Assembly: GCA_018969905.1 (NCBI GenBank)
Contig: JAGWXK010000001.1
Coordinates: 4,587 to 68,586 of the forward strand
Length of the DNA stretch: 64,000 nucleotides
Source: Bdellovibrionales bacterium
GTDB taxonomy: Bacteria; Bdellovibrionota; UBA1018; CAIMNF01
Direction: 5' to 3'
Position 1 is the stretch's first letter. Every line of letters begins with the position of its first letter. The position numbers and the translations under genes were made by a program. Shown piece after piece: positions 10,011-18,983 of this stretch. The notes under the pieces were generated by a model that saw nothing but the letters and a program-made list of their open reading frames with translations, was not told the origin of the DNA and searched no databases.

Positions 10011-10999
10011 AGTTCGGCGACCCGATCGCATTTCTTCTGATTCCACTGATTCTGGTTCTTTCCTTCATTTGGAACCAGAAGGCCAAACTACCTTCCATCA
10101 ACCTTCAGGTTTTCGGATGGAAAGTCGCAAAAACCAGTAGGATTTCAATTTCCTGGATTCAGACGTTCCTCAAGGTGAGCGCACTCCTTCTGTGCGTCTT
10201 TGCACTTGCCAGACCCCAGACTCTTTCCCGATCACAAGAGCGAAAAGCGAATGGAATCGACATCATGATGGTGCTCGATGTTTCATTGAGCATGTTGATT
10301 CAGGATATGGGGCCGAACACACGAATGGAGATCGCAAAAAAAACCTTCAAGGCATTCATCGAAGGTCGACAAAATGATCGAATCGGTCTTGTGATCTTCA
10401 GCGGGGAGCCCATCACACTCGCCCCCCCCACCCTTGACTACGGCTTGCTCATCAGCCAGATGGGCACCGTCGAGCCGGGGGGCCCCGGGCTCAGGGACGG
10501 GACGGCAATCGGAGACGGGCTTGCGCTTTCGATCAACCGCCTGAAAAAATCCTCAGCGAAAAGCAGAATCATCATTCTACTTACGGACGGGGACAACAAT
10601 GTGGGCAGGATTGATCCGATTACCGCAGGTGAACTGGCACAAGGATACGGAATCAAGGTTTATTCAATCGCAATTGGAACGGAGGGCCGCGTGAAGCAAC
10701 CGCTTCCTGTCGAAACTCCCATGGGTCGAAGTTATACTCATGTTTGGGTGGAAAATCGCTTGAACCCCACCCTGCTTTCTCAGATTTCGAGCAAGACAAA
10801 CGGGAGGTTTTACAGAGTCCAGGACGAAAGCGCACTTCAGCAAGTATTTAGGGACATTGACCAATTGGAGAAAACTGAAATCACCACCAAGGACAAGGTA
10901 CACTATAACGAGGAATTCATACCCTTTGCCTATGCCGGGCTTTTTCTTTTCCTTCTAGAACGCATGATGAGCCTGATCTTTTGGAGGCAATGGGCATGA
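10007..10999 (+). CDS. BatA-like vWA domain membrane protein
   Basis: N-terminal TM helices, then a vWA MIDAS (VLDVSLSM ... IILLTDGDNN). Confidence 0.78.
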   Translation: MKFGDPIAFLLIPLILVLSFIWNQKAKLPSINLQVFGWKVAKTSRISISWIQTFLKVSALLLCVFALARPQTLSRSQERKANGIDIMMVLDVSLSMLIQDMGPNTRMEIAKKTFKAFIEGRQNDRIGLVIFSGEPITLAPPTLDYGLLISQMGTVEPGGPGLRDGTAIGDGLALSINRLKKSSAKSRIIILLTDGDNNVGRIDPITAGELAQGYGIKVYSIAIGTEGRVKQPLPVETPMGRSYTHVWVENRLNPTLLSQISSKTNGRFYRVQDESALQQVFRDIDQLEKTEITTKDKVHYNEEFIPFAYAGLFLFLLERMMSLIFWRQWA

Positions 11000-12723
11000 C
11001 ATTCGGGAACCCGAAAGCCCTTTTGCTGATTCCTGTCCTCCTGGCAATCGCCTTGCTTTGCAATTATTTTTCGCTGTCATTGCAACGACGTATCAGACGC
11101 TGGGTCGACCCAGGATTCTGGCATGTGGTGATTCCGGAATTTTCGGAATCAACTTACAGAAGAAAATATGTTTTTTTGACCATAGGCCTTGTGTTTCTCG
11201 CCCTTGCCACGGCGCGGCCCCAATGGGGAGAACGGGAGGAGCTGATCGAATCTCGAGGGATGGACGTTCTTTTTCTTCTCGACCTGTCAAACAGCATGCT
11301 TGCAGAAGACACCCCTCCCAGCAGACTCAGTCGGGCGAGGACCTTCATCCGGAGCTTGCTCGGGAACCTTGGTGACGATCGCGTGGGAATCGTTTCCTTT
11401 GCAGGCAAGGCTTTCCTCACAGTTCCGCTTACGAACGATTTCGATTATGTGAATGAAATGGCCGAAACAGTCGATCCCTCCGCGATGTCCAGTCAGGGCA
11501 CGAAAATCGGAGAGGCAATCGATGTCGCAATCCGTGCTTTCGAGCGCTCGGCCGAAGACACTCGCAAACAATCCAGGGCAATCGTACTGATTTCCGACGG
11601 CGAGGATTTTGGAGAGTCCGCTCTCAAGTCAGCCACTCGACTTAAGGATTTCGGGGCGGGCTTCTTCACACTCAGTGTTGGCACCCTTGAGGGTGCGCCG
11701 ATTCCCATTCGGGATGATCAAGGTGTGTTACAAACGTACAAGAAAGACGAGCTTCAAAAGCCCATTCTTTCAAAGGTGAACCGGCCATTGCTCGCCAAAA
11801 TCGCCCAGGCTGGCGGAGGCTCACACCTCGAGCTCATCAACCCGGATGATGCCGCCTATCAAGTAGGAAGAGCGCTGAAAAGTTTTACCAGGGATGACGT
11901 GAAAAAAAGAATGGAAACAATCAAGATCGATCGGTTCCAGCACTTTCTCATCCTGGCGATCTTGTTTCTATTTCTTCACCTTTTCACAGGCTACAAAAAA
12001 GCGAATCTTCCCGGTTTGGGATTATTGGTTCTGGCATTCCTTCCCGGGTTTCAATCCCGAGCAGAGAGCATTGGCTCCTACTGGCAGTCCAGAAAAGGGG
12101 CCGAACAATATCGAGCCGGCAAGTATGATGAGAGTTCTCAGTCTTACTCTAAAGCGCTCGAAACTGATCCGGATCATGCGATTCTTTCCTTCAACGAAGG
12201 AACCGCGCTTGCTCAGACCGAAAACAAGGAAGCTGCCGCAGAACGTCTCCGGACGGCTACAAAAAAAGCTCTCTCTCTTGGTGATTTTGAAACCGCAGCG
12301 AAAGCACTTTATAACGAGGGAGTTCTCCACCAACAAAACCAATCCCTGAAGGACTCATTCGATCGCCTGACGAAATCCATTGAACTTGCCAAAAGATCGG
12401 GCTTGAAGGACCTCGAGGAGCGGGCGCGAAGGGCCCTGGCAACCTCGTTTGATCAGCAACAGAAACAAAAGAAGGATTCCAAGGAACAAAAAGACGGGGA
12501 CTCAAAAGGGGATGAAAAAGAAAACCCCTCCTCTGCCGAGAAACAGTCTCCGAAAAGTCCAGAGGAGGAGTCGGGCCGGAAACGTCAGTTCCGCGGCAAA
12601 ACACTCTCTAAGGATGTTGCCGAAAGTCTGATGAATGATCTTGCGGATCGGGAAAAGCAACTGGTACAACGCAGGCTTGGAGGAAGAAAACCAAAGGAGG
12701 TGACAGATGGAAAAGACTGGTAG
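10981..12723 (+). CDS. BatB-like vWA plus TPR protein with a charged C-terminal tail
   Basis: vWA MIDAS (LDLSNSM ... ISDGEDF), TPR segment (AEQYRAGKYDESSQSYSKALETDPDHA), K/E/D-rich tail. Confidence 0.78.
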   Translation: MEAMGMTFGNPKALLLIPVLLAIALLCNYFSLSLQRRIRRWVDPGFWHVVIPEFSESTYRRKYVFLTIGLVFLALATARPQWGEREELIESRGMDVLFLLDLSNSMLAEDTPPSRLSRARTFIRSLLGNLGDDRVGIVSFAGKAFLTVPLTNDFDYVNEMAETVDPSAMSSQGTKIGEAIDVAIRAFERSAEDTRKQSRAIVLISDGEDFGESALKSATRLKDFGAGFFTLSVGTLEGAPIPIRDDQGVLQTYKKDELQKPILSKVNRPLLAKIAQAGGGSHLELINPDDAAYQVGRALKSFTRDDVKKRMETIKIDRFQHFLILAILFLFLHLFTGYKKANLPGLGLLVLAFLPGFQSRAESIGSYWQSRKGAEQYRAGKYDESSQSYSKALETDPDHAILSFNEGTALAQTENKEAAAERLRTATKKALSLGDFETAAKALYNEGVLHQQNQSLKDSFDRLTKSIELAKRSGLKDLEERARRALATSFDQQQKQKKDSKEQKDGDSKGDEKENPSSAEKQSPKSPEEESGRKRQFRGKTLSKDVAESLMNDLADREKQLVQRRLGGRKPKEVTDGKDW

Positions 12724-14602
12724 GCTCAAACTCCCGCTGTGGTTTCCGGCTCTGCTTCTTCTCTCCTCGGTGAGTGCAATGGGAGGCATTCAAGCCGGCG
12801 TCGATCGAACCGAGGTTCCACTCGATGAGTCTGTTTCTCTGAAAATTTCCGCCTCCCCGGACGAAGGTGGTAACTTCTCGCCAAAATTCGATGCCCCGGA
12901 CTTTGAAATCATGAATCAGTTTCAAAATTCGAAATTTTCCTCGGTTTATATCAATGGTAAATTTGAGAACAAATCGGAACTTAGCATCACCTACATTCTG
13001 CGCCCCTTGAAGATCGGGGCTCTCAGGATCCGAAACATCAGCAACAACGGCCAAAACGCGCCGGACATCACGATTCAGGTGATTCAGGAAAATCTTTATA
13101 AAAAGCCCGCACCCGGAGAAGCGCCCAGTCTTAATGGCGACACAAGAAATTTTTTTGTAAGGGCTGAGCTGAGCAAATCGAAGGCCTTCAAGGGTGAACA
13201 GATCATCGTCAGTTACTATCTTTATCGAAGAACCCGTGCGAACATTCGGGATGTGATGCAGTACCCCTCGTTTCAAGGATTCATCCGCGAGGATCTCGAA
13301 ATGCCCATACTTTCCAATCGACCGGACTTTGAAGCGGTGAATCTCGGGGGAATTCCTTTTGAAAGGGCTCTCCTTGCACGTTATGCGGTTTATCCCATCA
13401 AGGAGGGTAGGCTTAAAATCGACGGCTTCTCTGTCCGAGTTGATTACATTCCGAAGAATGAGGCGGCAGATGACCTGATGGAGGATCCGTTTTTCCAGTT
13501 CTTCTCCCAAGTCGCTCCTCGAACAGGCACTTCGAAGAGTGACCCCATCACAATCGAAGTTTCTCCGCTCCCGGAGGAAGGGCGCGGGCCTCGCTTTACC
13601 GGAGGGGTCGGTGACTTCGAGATTGACACTCAAATGGAATCGGGTCCGATTCGGGCAAACAGCCCCCTCACCATACGCTATTCAGTGAAGGGGCGCGGGA
13701 ATACCAGTCTCATTGAGTTTCCAAAGGTAGATTGGCCTTCCGGGCTTAAGTTTTATCAATCTCAAGGAAAGACAAAAAACCTCGGACAGGGGCAACAGGA
13801 AAAAACATTTGAAGTGGTGCTGGTTCCCACAGCCAAGGGAGATATCACCATTCCAGCGGTCGAGTTCGAGTTCTTCAACCCGGAAAGCCGAAGCTACCAA
13901 AGAAAGTCTTCCCAACCAATCTCCATTCATGTGGAAGAGGGCGAGCCGGGAACCAACCCAAGCAATCCAACAGCTCTGGCGTCGGGACCTCTGGATTCGG
14001 CGGGAACCGATTTCTCCGCGGCTTCCGAAACTCGCTCCTACGGAAACGTGCGGGAAAGAGACAAACAGTTGGAAACGACCAATCGAATGCTCGGGATTCC
14101 GCTTTGGCGTTGGGTTTCGTGGTTCGGACTTTTTGTGTTCGCCGGCTTCCTCAGTCTTGTATTTTGGGATCAAGCAAAAAAGCGATCCCGTCTTCAGCTT
14201 GAACTTCTCAAGCGCAAAGAGTCTGCCGATTCGAGGTGGAGAGAACTCGAAAAGGAATTGCTTCGGGTTGAATTCACAAACTCGAATGATCGGGCATACT
14301 CCCCGATTCTGGAACGCGCAAAGGATGAGTTATATAAGACCTTGGATGAGGCTTACGGGATCAGCGCGAGAGCGCTGTCCAGTCGCGATTTGGCCAAAAC
14401 CCTGACCGAAACATTTGGGGTTTCCCCGGATGTCTGCAGGTCAATTACCCGCTTCCTTGAGTTTACTGAACTGATTCGCTTCTCCAGCGGAGCCGCCATT
14501 CAACCCGAGGGTGAGGCGGAACGTCTCACTCGAGAGTGGCTGTCCAATCTTCCAAAAATTTGTTCTGATCTGGCGCGGAATCCCTTGGAAAAAAAGCTCT
14601 GA
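12707..14602 (+). CDS. BatD-like secreted/membrane protein
   Basis: Signal peptide, a long beta-rich region and a single C-terminal TM (WVSWFGLFVFAGFLSLVFW); last gene of the Bat-type operon. Confidence 0.65.
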   Translation: MEKTGRLKLPLWFPALLLLSSVSAMGGIQAGVDRTEVPLDESVSLKISASPDEGGNFSPKFDAPDFEIMNQFQNSKFSSVYINGKFENKSELSITYILRPLKIGALRIRNISNNGQNAPDITIQVIQENLYKKPAPGEAPSLNGDTRNFFVRAELSKSKAFKGEQIIVSYYLYRRTRANIRDVMQYPSFQGFIREDLEMPILSNRPDFEAVNLGGIPFERALLARYAVYPIKEGRLKIDGFSVRVDYIPKNEAADDLMEDPFFQFFSQVAPRTGTSKSDPITIEVSPLPEEGRGPRFTGGVGDFEIDTQMESGPIRANSPLTIRYSVKGRGNTSLIEFPKVDWPSGLKFYQSQGKTKNLGQGQQEKTFEVVLVPTAKGDITIPAVEFEFFNPESRSYQRKSSQPISIHVEEGEPGTNPSNPTALASGPLDSAGTDFSAASETRSYGNVRERDKQLETTNRMLGIPLWRWVSWFGLFVFAGFLSLVFWDQAKKRSRLQLELLKRKESADSRWRELEKELLRVEFTNSNDRAYSPILERAKDELYKTLDEAYGISARALSSRDLAKTLTETFGVSPDVCRSITRFLEFTELIRFSSGAAIQPEGEAERLTREWLSNLPKICSDLARNPLEKKL

Positions 14603-14658
14603 ATTCACTATAGTTTATCCAACATAAACCTCATTTTTGAACCGGAAAGGACATCAAA

Positions 14659-15432
14659 ATGAATCTCTACGTTTGCATCAAGCAGGTTCCGGATACCGAA
14701 ACCAAAATCAAGTTGAATGCCGACTCCAGTGGCATTGATTCCACAGGTATTAAGTGGATCATGTCTTCCTATGATGAGTACGGGGTTGAAGAAGCTCTTC
14801 GAATCAAGGAAAAGAATCCTGGCGCAACCGTGACCGCGGTCTCTGCAGGTCCGGATCGCGTGGTGGAAACCCTTCGGACTGCCCTTGCCATGGGTGCGGA
14901 CAATGCGATTCATGTGGAGCTGCCCGAAACTGCAGATAGCTCCATGGCTGCGAAGGCGATTGCGATGACCCTAAAGAAAGAAGCAAAAGTGGACCTGGTT
15001 TTCTTCGGGAAAGAAGCTCTGGATGATGGAGCAGCCCAAGTTCCACAGCTCGTTGCAGCCCACCTGGGAATTCCCGCAGTCACAGTAGTCTGTGGAATGG
15101 AATACGCCGGTAACACGCTAAAATGCAAAAGAGAGATTGAAGGGGGTTCCTTTGAAATGGTGGAAGTGAGTGCTCCTGCGGTCATTGCCGGGAGCAAAGG
15201 TCTCAATGATCCCCGCTACGCAACCCTTCCGAACATCATGAAAGCAAAGAAAAAAGAAGTGAAGGCAGTGAAGCTCGCTGAAATCGGAGTTTCAAGCGCG
15301 GATCAGAAAGTAAAAATGAAAAACCTGCAACTTCCGGCTGCAAAGCAAGCTGGAAAAAAACTCGAAGGCGATGCCGGAGCACAGGCGCATGCTCTTGCGA
15401 CCGCTCTTCATAACGAAGCGAAGGTGGTGTAA
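14659..15432 (+). CDS. etfB: electron transfer flavoprotein beta subunit
   Basis: MNLYVCIKQVPDTETKIKLN..., the typical EtfB N-terminus; GAAAGGA RBS. Confidence 0.9.
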   Translation: MNLYVCIKQVPDTETKIKLNADSSGIDSTGIKWIMSSYDEYGVEEALRIKEKNPGATVTAVSAGPDRVVETLRTALAMGADNAIHVELPETADSSMAAKAIAMTLKKEAKVDLVFFGKEALDDGAAQVPQLVAAHLGIPAVTVVCGMEYAGNTLKCKREIEGGSFEMVEVSAPAVIAGSKGLNDPRYATLPNIMKAKKKEVKAVKLAEIGVSSADQKVKMKNLQLPAAKQAGKKLEGDAGAQAHALATALHNEAKVV

Positions 15433-15434
15433 TC

Positions 15435-16400
15435 ATGGCTAAGGTCGTTGTATTCATCGAACAAAGAGAAGGTAAGGCAAAAAAGGCAAGTTACGAATTG
15501 GTTGCCGCGTCTGCATCCGCGGGGAACGAAACCCACGCGGTTATCGTAGGAGATAACATTGCAGGACTTGCAAACGAAGCGGCTCAGTTTGGAGCAAACA
15601 AAGTTCATCTCATTCAAGATGCCGGACTCAAAATGTATCTGGGTGAGGCCTATGCCAGAGCCCTCACTGCAGCCATCAAGAACATCAATCCGGAGATTGT
15701 GCTTGCGGCTCATACGCCGATGGGTAAAGAACTCATGCCCACCGTTTCAGTACATGTGAACGGGTCATTGGCCACAGACTGCACTTCCATCAGTTTCTCT
15801 GGCGGAAAACTTCAGCTCCGTCGCCCGATCTATTCCGGAAAGGCCACCGCTGAGGTTGAGTTCGTGGGGGGCGGACTACAGATGGCGACCGTTCGACCGA
15901 ACTCTGTTGGACTTCCTAAGCCTGATACCTCTAAGACCGCGGATGCAACCAACATTGCGGTAGATCTTTCAAGTCTCAAAACAAAGATCCTTGAGGTCGT
16001 AAAGGGAAATTCAGCTAGGCCGGACGTAACCGAGGCATCTGTAGTGGTTTCGGGCGGCAGATCTCTCAAGAGTGCTGAAAACTTTAAAATTCTTGAGGAC
16101 CTTGCGGATACCGTGGGTGCCGCCGTTGGCGCATCTCGAGCTGCCGTTGATGCCGGATTCCGTCCGCATCGGGATCAAGTGGGCCAAACCGGAAAGGTGG
16201 TTTCGCCTGCCTGTTACATCGCATGTGGCATTAGCGGTGCCATTCAACATCTTGCGGGAATGCGCACCTCCAAAGTAATTGTTGCGATCAACACGGATCC
16301 ACAAGCTCCGATTTTTCAAATCGCGGATTACGCAGTTGTTGGCGACCTTTTCCAGGTAGTGCCCGCGCTCACCAACGAATTCAAAAAACTAAAGGAATAG
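15435..16400 (+). CDS. etfA: electron transfer flavoprotein alpha subunit
   Basis: FAD-binding C-domain motifs (PACYIACGISGAIQHLAGM, VIVAINTDPQAPIFQIADYAVVGD). Confidence 0.9.
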   Translation: MAKVVVFIEQREGKAKKASYELVAASASAGNETHAVIVGDNIAGLANEAAQFGANKVHLIQDAGLKMYLGEAYARALTAAIKNINPEIVLAAHTPMGKELMPTVSVHVNGSLATDCTSISFSGGKLQLRRPIYSGKATAEVEFVGGGLQMATVRPNSVGLPKPDTSKTADATNIAVDLSSLKTKILEVVKGNSARPDVTEASVVVSGGRSLKSAENFKILEDLADTVGAAVGASRAAVDAGFRPHRDQVGQTGKVVSPACYIACGISGAIQHLAGMRTSKVIVAINTDPQAPIFQIADYAVVGDLFQVVPALTNEFKKLKE

Positions 16401-16407
16401 ACCACAG

Positions 16408-18390
16408 ATGACTTGGCAAACATTTGCATTCTTGGCTGTTGCAGGGACCGCCTTCACCATTTCGGGTAAGCGTTTCATGATCCTCTACAGGCTCCTGAAG
16501 ACTCAGACCGGTAAGGCGCCTGAAATCAAAGAGATTGGGAAAAGAGTTCAGACCACGATTGTAAATGTGCTTGGCCAAAAGGCTGTCCTCAAGGATCGTT
16601 GGATCGGGATCGCCCATACCGCTATTTTTTGGGGGTTCATTGTAATCTCTTTTGGAACCGTTGAGCAGTTCCTTATGACCTTGTATTCCGGGGCCTCCTT
16701 CGAGTTTATCGGACGGGGGCCCTATTCCCTTTTTATCTTTTCACAAGACTTCTTCACGCTTTTCGTTTTGATTGGGGTTTTATTTGCGGCCTACCGCAGA
16801 CTTGTGCTCAGGCCGAAAAACCTGGGCCAGTCATCTGATGCCAACAATGTGCTTTTGTTCACCGGCGGGCTGATGATTTCGATCTTTTTGATGAATGGCT
16901 TTCATATTCTTGCCGCAAACCCAGATTACCAAAATGCCTTTTTTGTATCGAAGTTCGTATCTTCGGCATTTTCGGGTTTTGAATTTGAACACGAAACCGC
17001 TGAGGGTCTTTACACCTTCTTTAAGTGGGTGCACATGTGCCTTGTGTTGGGTTTTGCGGTTTACATTCCTGGGTCAAAACATCTTCACATTGTGGCCGCA
17101 GGTCCAAATACTTTTTTGCGAAAACTTGAGCGTGAAAAAGGAATGACTCCGATCAACTTCGAGGACGAGACCGTAACACAATATGGGGTTGCAAACGTTA
17201 GTCAAATGAGCTGGAAGGATGCTCTTGATCTTTATTCTTGCACCGAGTGCGGACGATGTCAGGCACTCTGCCCTGCCTGGAACACACAAAAGCCACTCTC
17301 ACCGAAAAACCTGATCGTTGATTTAAAAAAGAACCTCCATGCCAACAAGGCCGCAATCCTTGATGGAAAAGCCGATAGCATCACGCATGTGATTGATGAT
17401 CATGTTACCGAGGACGTGATTTGGGCATGCACCTCTTGTCGTGCATGCGAAATCGCTTGTCCTGTATTTATTGAACATACAGACAAGATTTATGATGTTC
17501 GAAGAAATCTCGTAATGATGGAGTCCCGATTTCCAGCCGAAGTTCAGGCCGTCTTCAAGAACATGGAAACCAATGGTACGCCATGGGCATTCAGTCCATC
17601 CGAGCGCGCAAACTGGGCGGAAGGATTGAACATCAAAACGATGGCCGAGGCTGGTTCGGCTGCAGATCTTGATGTGCTTCTTTGGGTTGGTTGCGCGGGA
17701 GCCTATGACGATCGAAACAAGTCTGTCGTGAAGTCATTCGTAAGCCTTTTAAACAAAGCGGGGATCAAGTTCGCGATACTTGGAACAGAGGAAACGTGCA
17801 CCGGTGATGCCGCCCGGCGCATTGGAAACGAATACCTTTTCCAAACCCTTGCAAAGACCAACGTAGAAACCCTGAACCGGTACCAGGTCAAAAAGATCGT
17901 TACCGCATGCCCTCATTGTTTTAACACCTTGAAAAACGAATATCAGGAGATGGGTGGAACCTACGAAGTATTTCACCACTCCCAGTTTATTGCTCACTTG
18001 CTCCAAACTGGGAAACTGAAGCCTACGAAGGCCATGGATGAAACCATCACCTTTCATGACAGTTGTTACCTTGGGCGGTGGAATAACGTGTATGAGCAGC
18101 CCCGTGCGGTTCTTTCCTCCATCCCAAAGGTCAATCTTGTGGAAATGAAGCAACACCATGATCAGGGAATGTGTTGTGGCGCAGGTGGTGGGCGGATGTG
18201 GATGGAAGAGCATATTGGAGCAAGAATCAACGTGACCCGCACCGAGCAGGCGATTGAAACCAACGCGAAGACAGTAGCAAGCTCATGTCCGTTTTGTCTG
18301 ACCATGATCACCGACGGGGTAAAGACCAAGGACATGACCGATAAACTTCAAGTGAAGGACATCGCAGAACTCATTGACTCCGCGACTTAA
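16408..18390 (+). CDS. membrane-anchored Fe-S oxidoreductase (HdrD/GlcF-like CCG domains with an N-terminal polytopic membrane domain)
   Basis: About 5-6 N-terminal TM helices; two 4Fe-4S ferredoxin motifs (CTECGRCQALCP, CTSCRACEIACP); two cysteine-rich CCG domains (TACPHCFNTL, SSCPFCLTMI); immediately downstream of etfBA. Confidence 0.8.
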   Translation: MTWQTFAFLAVAGTAFTISGKRFMILYRLLKTQTGKAPEIKEIGKRVQTTIVNVLGQKAVLKDRWIGIAHTAIFWGFIVISFGTVEQFLMTLYSGASFEFIGRGPYSLFIFSQDFFTLFVLIGVLFAAYRRLVLRPKNLGQSSDANNVLLFTGGLMISIFLMNGFHILAANPDYQNAFFVSKFVSSAFSGFEFEHETAEGLYTFFKWVHMCLVLGFAVYIPGSKHLHIVAAGPNTFLRKLEREKGMTPINFEDETVTQYGVANVSQMSWKDALDLYSCTECGRCQALCPAWNTQKPLSPKNLIVDLKKNLHANKAAILDGKADSITHVIDDHVTEDVIWACTSCRACEIACPVFIEHTDKIYDVRRNLVMMESRFPAEVQAVFKNMETNGTPWAFSPSERANWAEGLNIKTMAEAGSAADLDVLLWVGCAGAYDDRNKSVVKSFVSLLNKAGIKFAILGTEETCTGDAARRIGNEYLFQTLAKTNVETLNRYQVKKIVTACPHCFNTLKNEYQEMGGTYEVFHHSQFIAHLLQTGKLKPTKAMDETITFHDSCYLGRWNNVYEQPRAVLSSIPKVNLVEMKQHHDQGMCCGAGGGRMWMEEHIGARINVTRTEQAIETNAKTVASSCPFCLTMITDGVKTKDMTDKLQVKDIAELIDSAT

Positions 18391-18420
18391 CACTTGAGTC
18401 CAGGAAAACTTGGGATGCCT

Positions 18421-18981
18421 CTATAGCTGCGCCTCGAGATCGACCACCTCGGGCGGGAGACCCTCAAGCTTTGCCGATACCCCCGGGGCCCACTGCGTGG
18501 GGTTATTCCTAAGGGAGTGAAGGCACATCGCACGCACCGAGGGTGGGAGCTCTGATCCCGCAGCACAGTCCGAAAAAAACCGACTTGCGCTCAAAAACTC
18601 CTCTGGCTTTTTCTCAAGGTACTCTTCGAGATCGCCTAGTGCGGCCCCTGCCTCAATGATCCTGGCAGGAGCTCCGTGAACTTCGTCCAACGGTAAGGAT
18701 CTTAATTCGGTTACGCTAGGAAGCGTACGTTTCACTTTTGAAATCTCGCCTAAAAGCTCTTCCGAATATCCATCATTAGGCAAATGTCCCGGAGCAAACT
18801 GTGCTACGCCGCCAACATTCGTCTCTACAAACCCTTCACTTGAAGCCTCTTCAGTCGTGACTGCTTCTTTTGCATCGATGGGTTGATCTACCACATTGGG
18901 CTGCTCGGGTTTATTTCCAGCGTTTAAATATACCAAGACACAGAGCCCGGAAATAAAGCCAACCAGAACTGAATTCTTCAA
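18421..18981 (-). CDS. hypothetical exported protein (186 aa)
   Basis: N-terminal signal/anchor (VLVGFISGLCVLVYLNA); 3-bp spacing to the upstream HEXXH gene implies one operon. Confidence 0.45.
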   Translation of the reverse strand: MKNSVLVGFISGLCVLVYLNAGNKPEQPNVVDQPIDAKEAVTTEEASSEGFVETNVGGVAQFAPGHLPNDGYSEELLGEISKVKRTLPSVTELRSLPLDEVHGAPARIIEAGAALGDLEEYLEKKPEEFLSASRFFSDCAAGSELPPSVRAMCLHSLRNNPTQWAPGVSAKLEGLPPEVVDLEAQL

Positions 18982-18983
18982 AA

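Noticed and set aside
12608-13633. 341-aa minus-strand ORF antisense to batD, and similar long antisense ORFs (e.g. 17749..18213, 14910..15206, 30528..31370)
   Set aside because: Each is fully contained in the opposite strand of a gene with strong homology-style motifs, and none has an RBS or recognisable motif. They are typical shadow ORFs.
18391-18420. Terminator hairpin after the Fe-S oxidoreductase gene
   Set aside because: The apparent tccaggaaaacttggga inverted repeat is not self-complementary on checking, and there is no T-tract.
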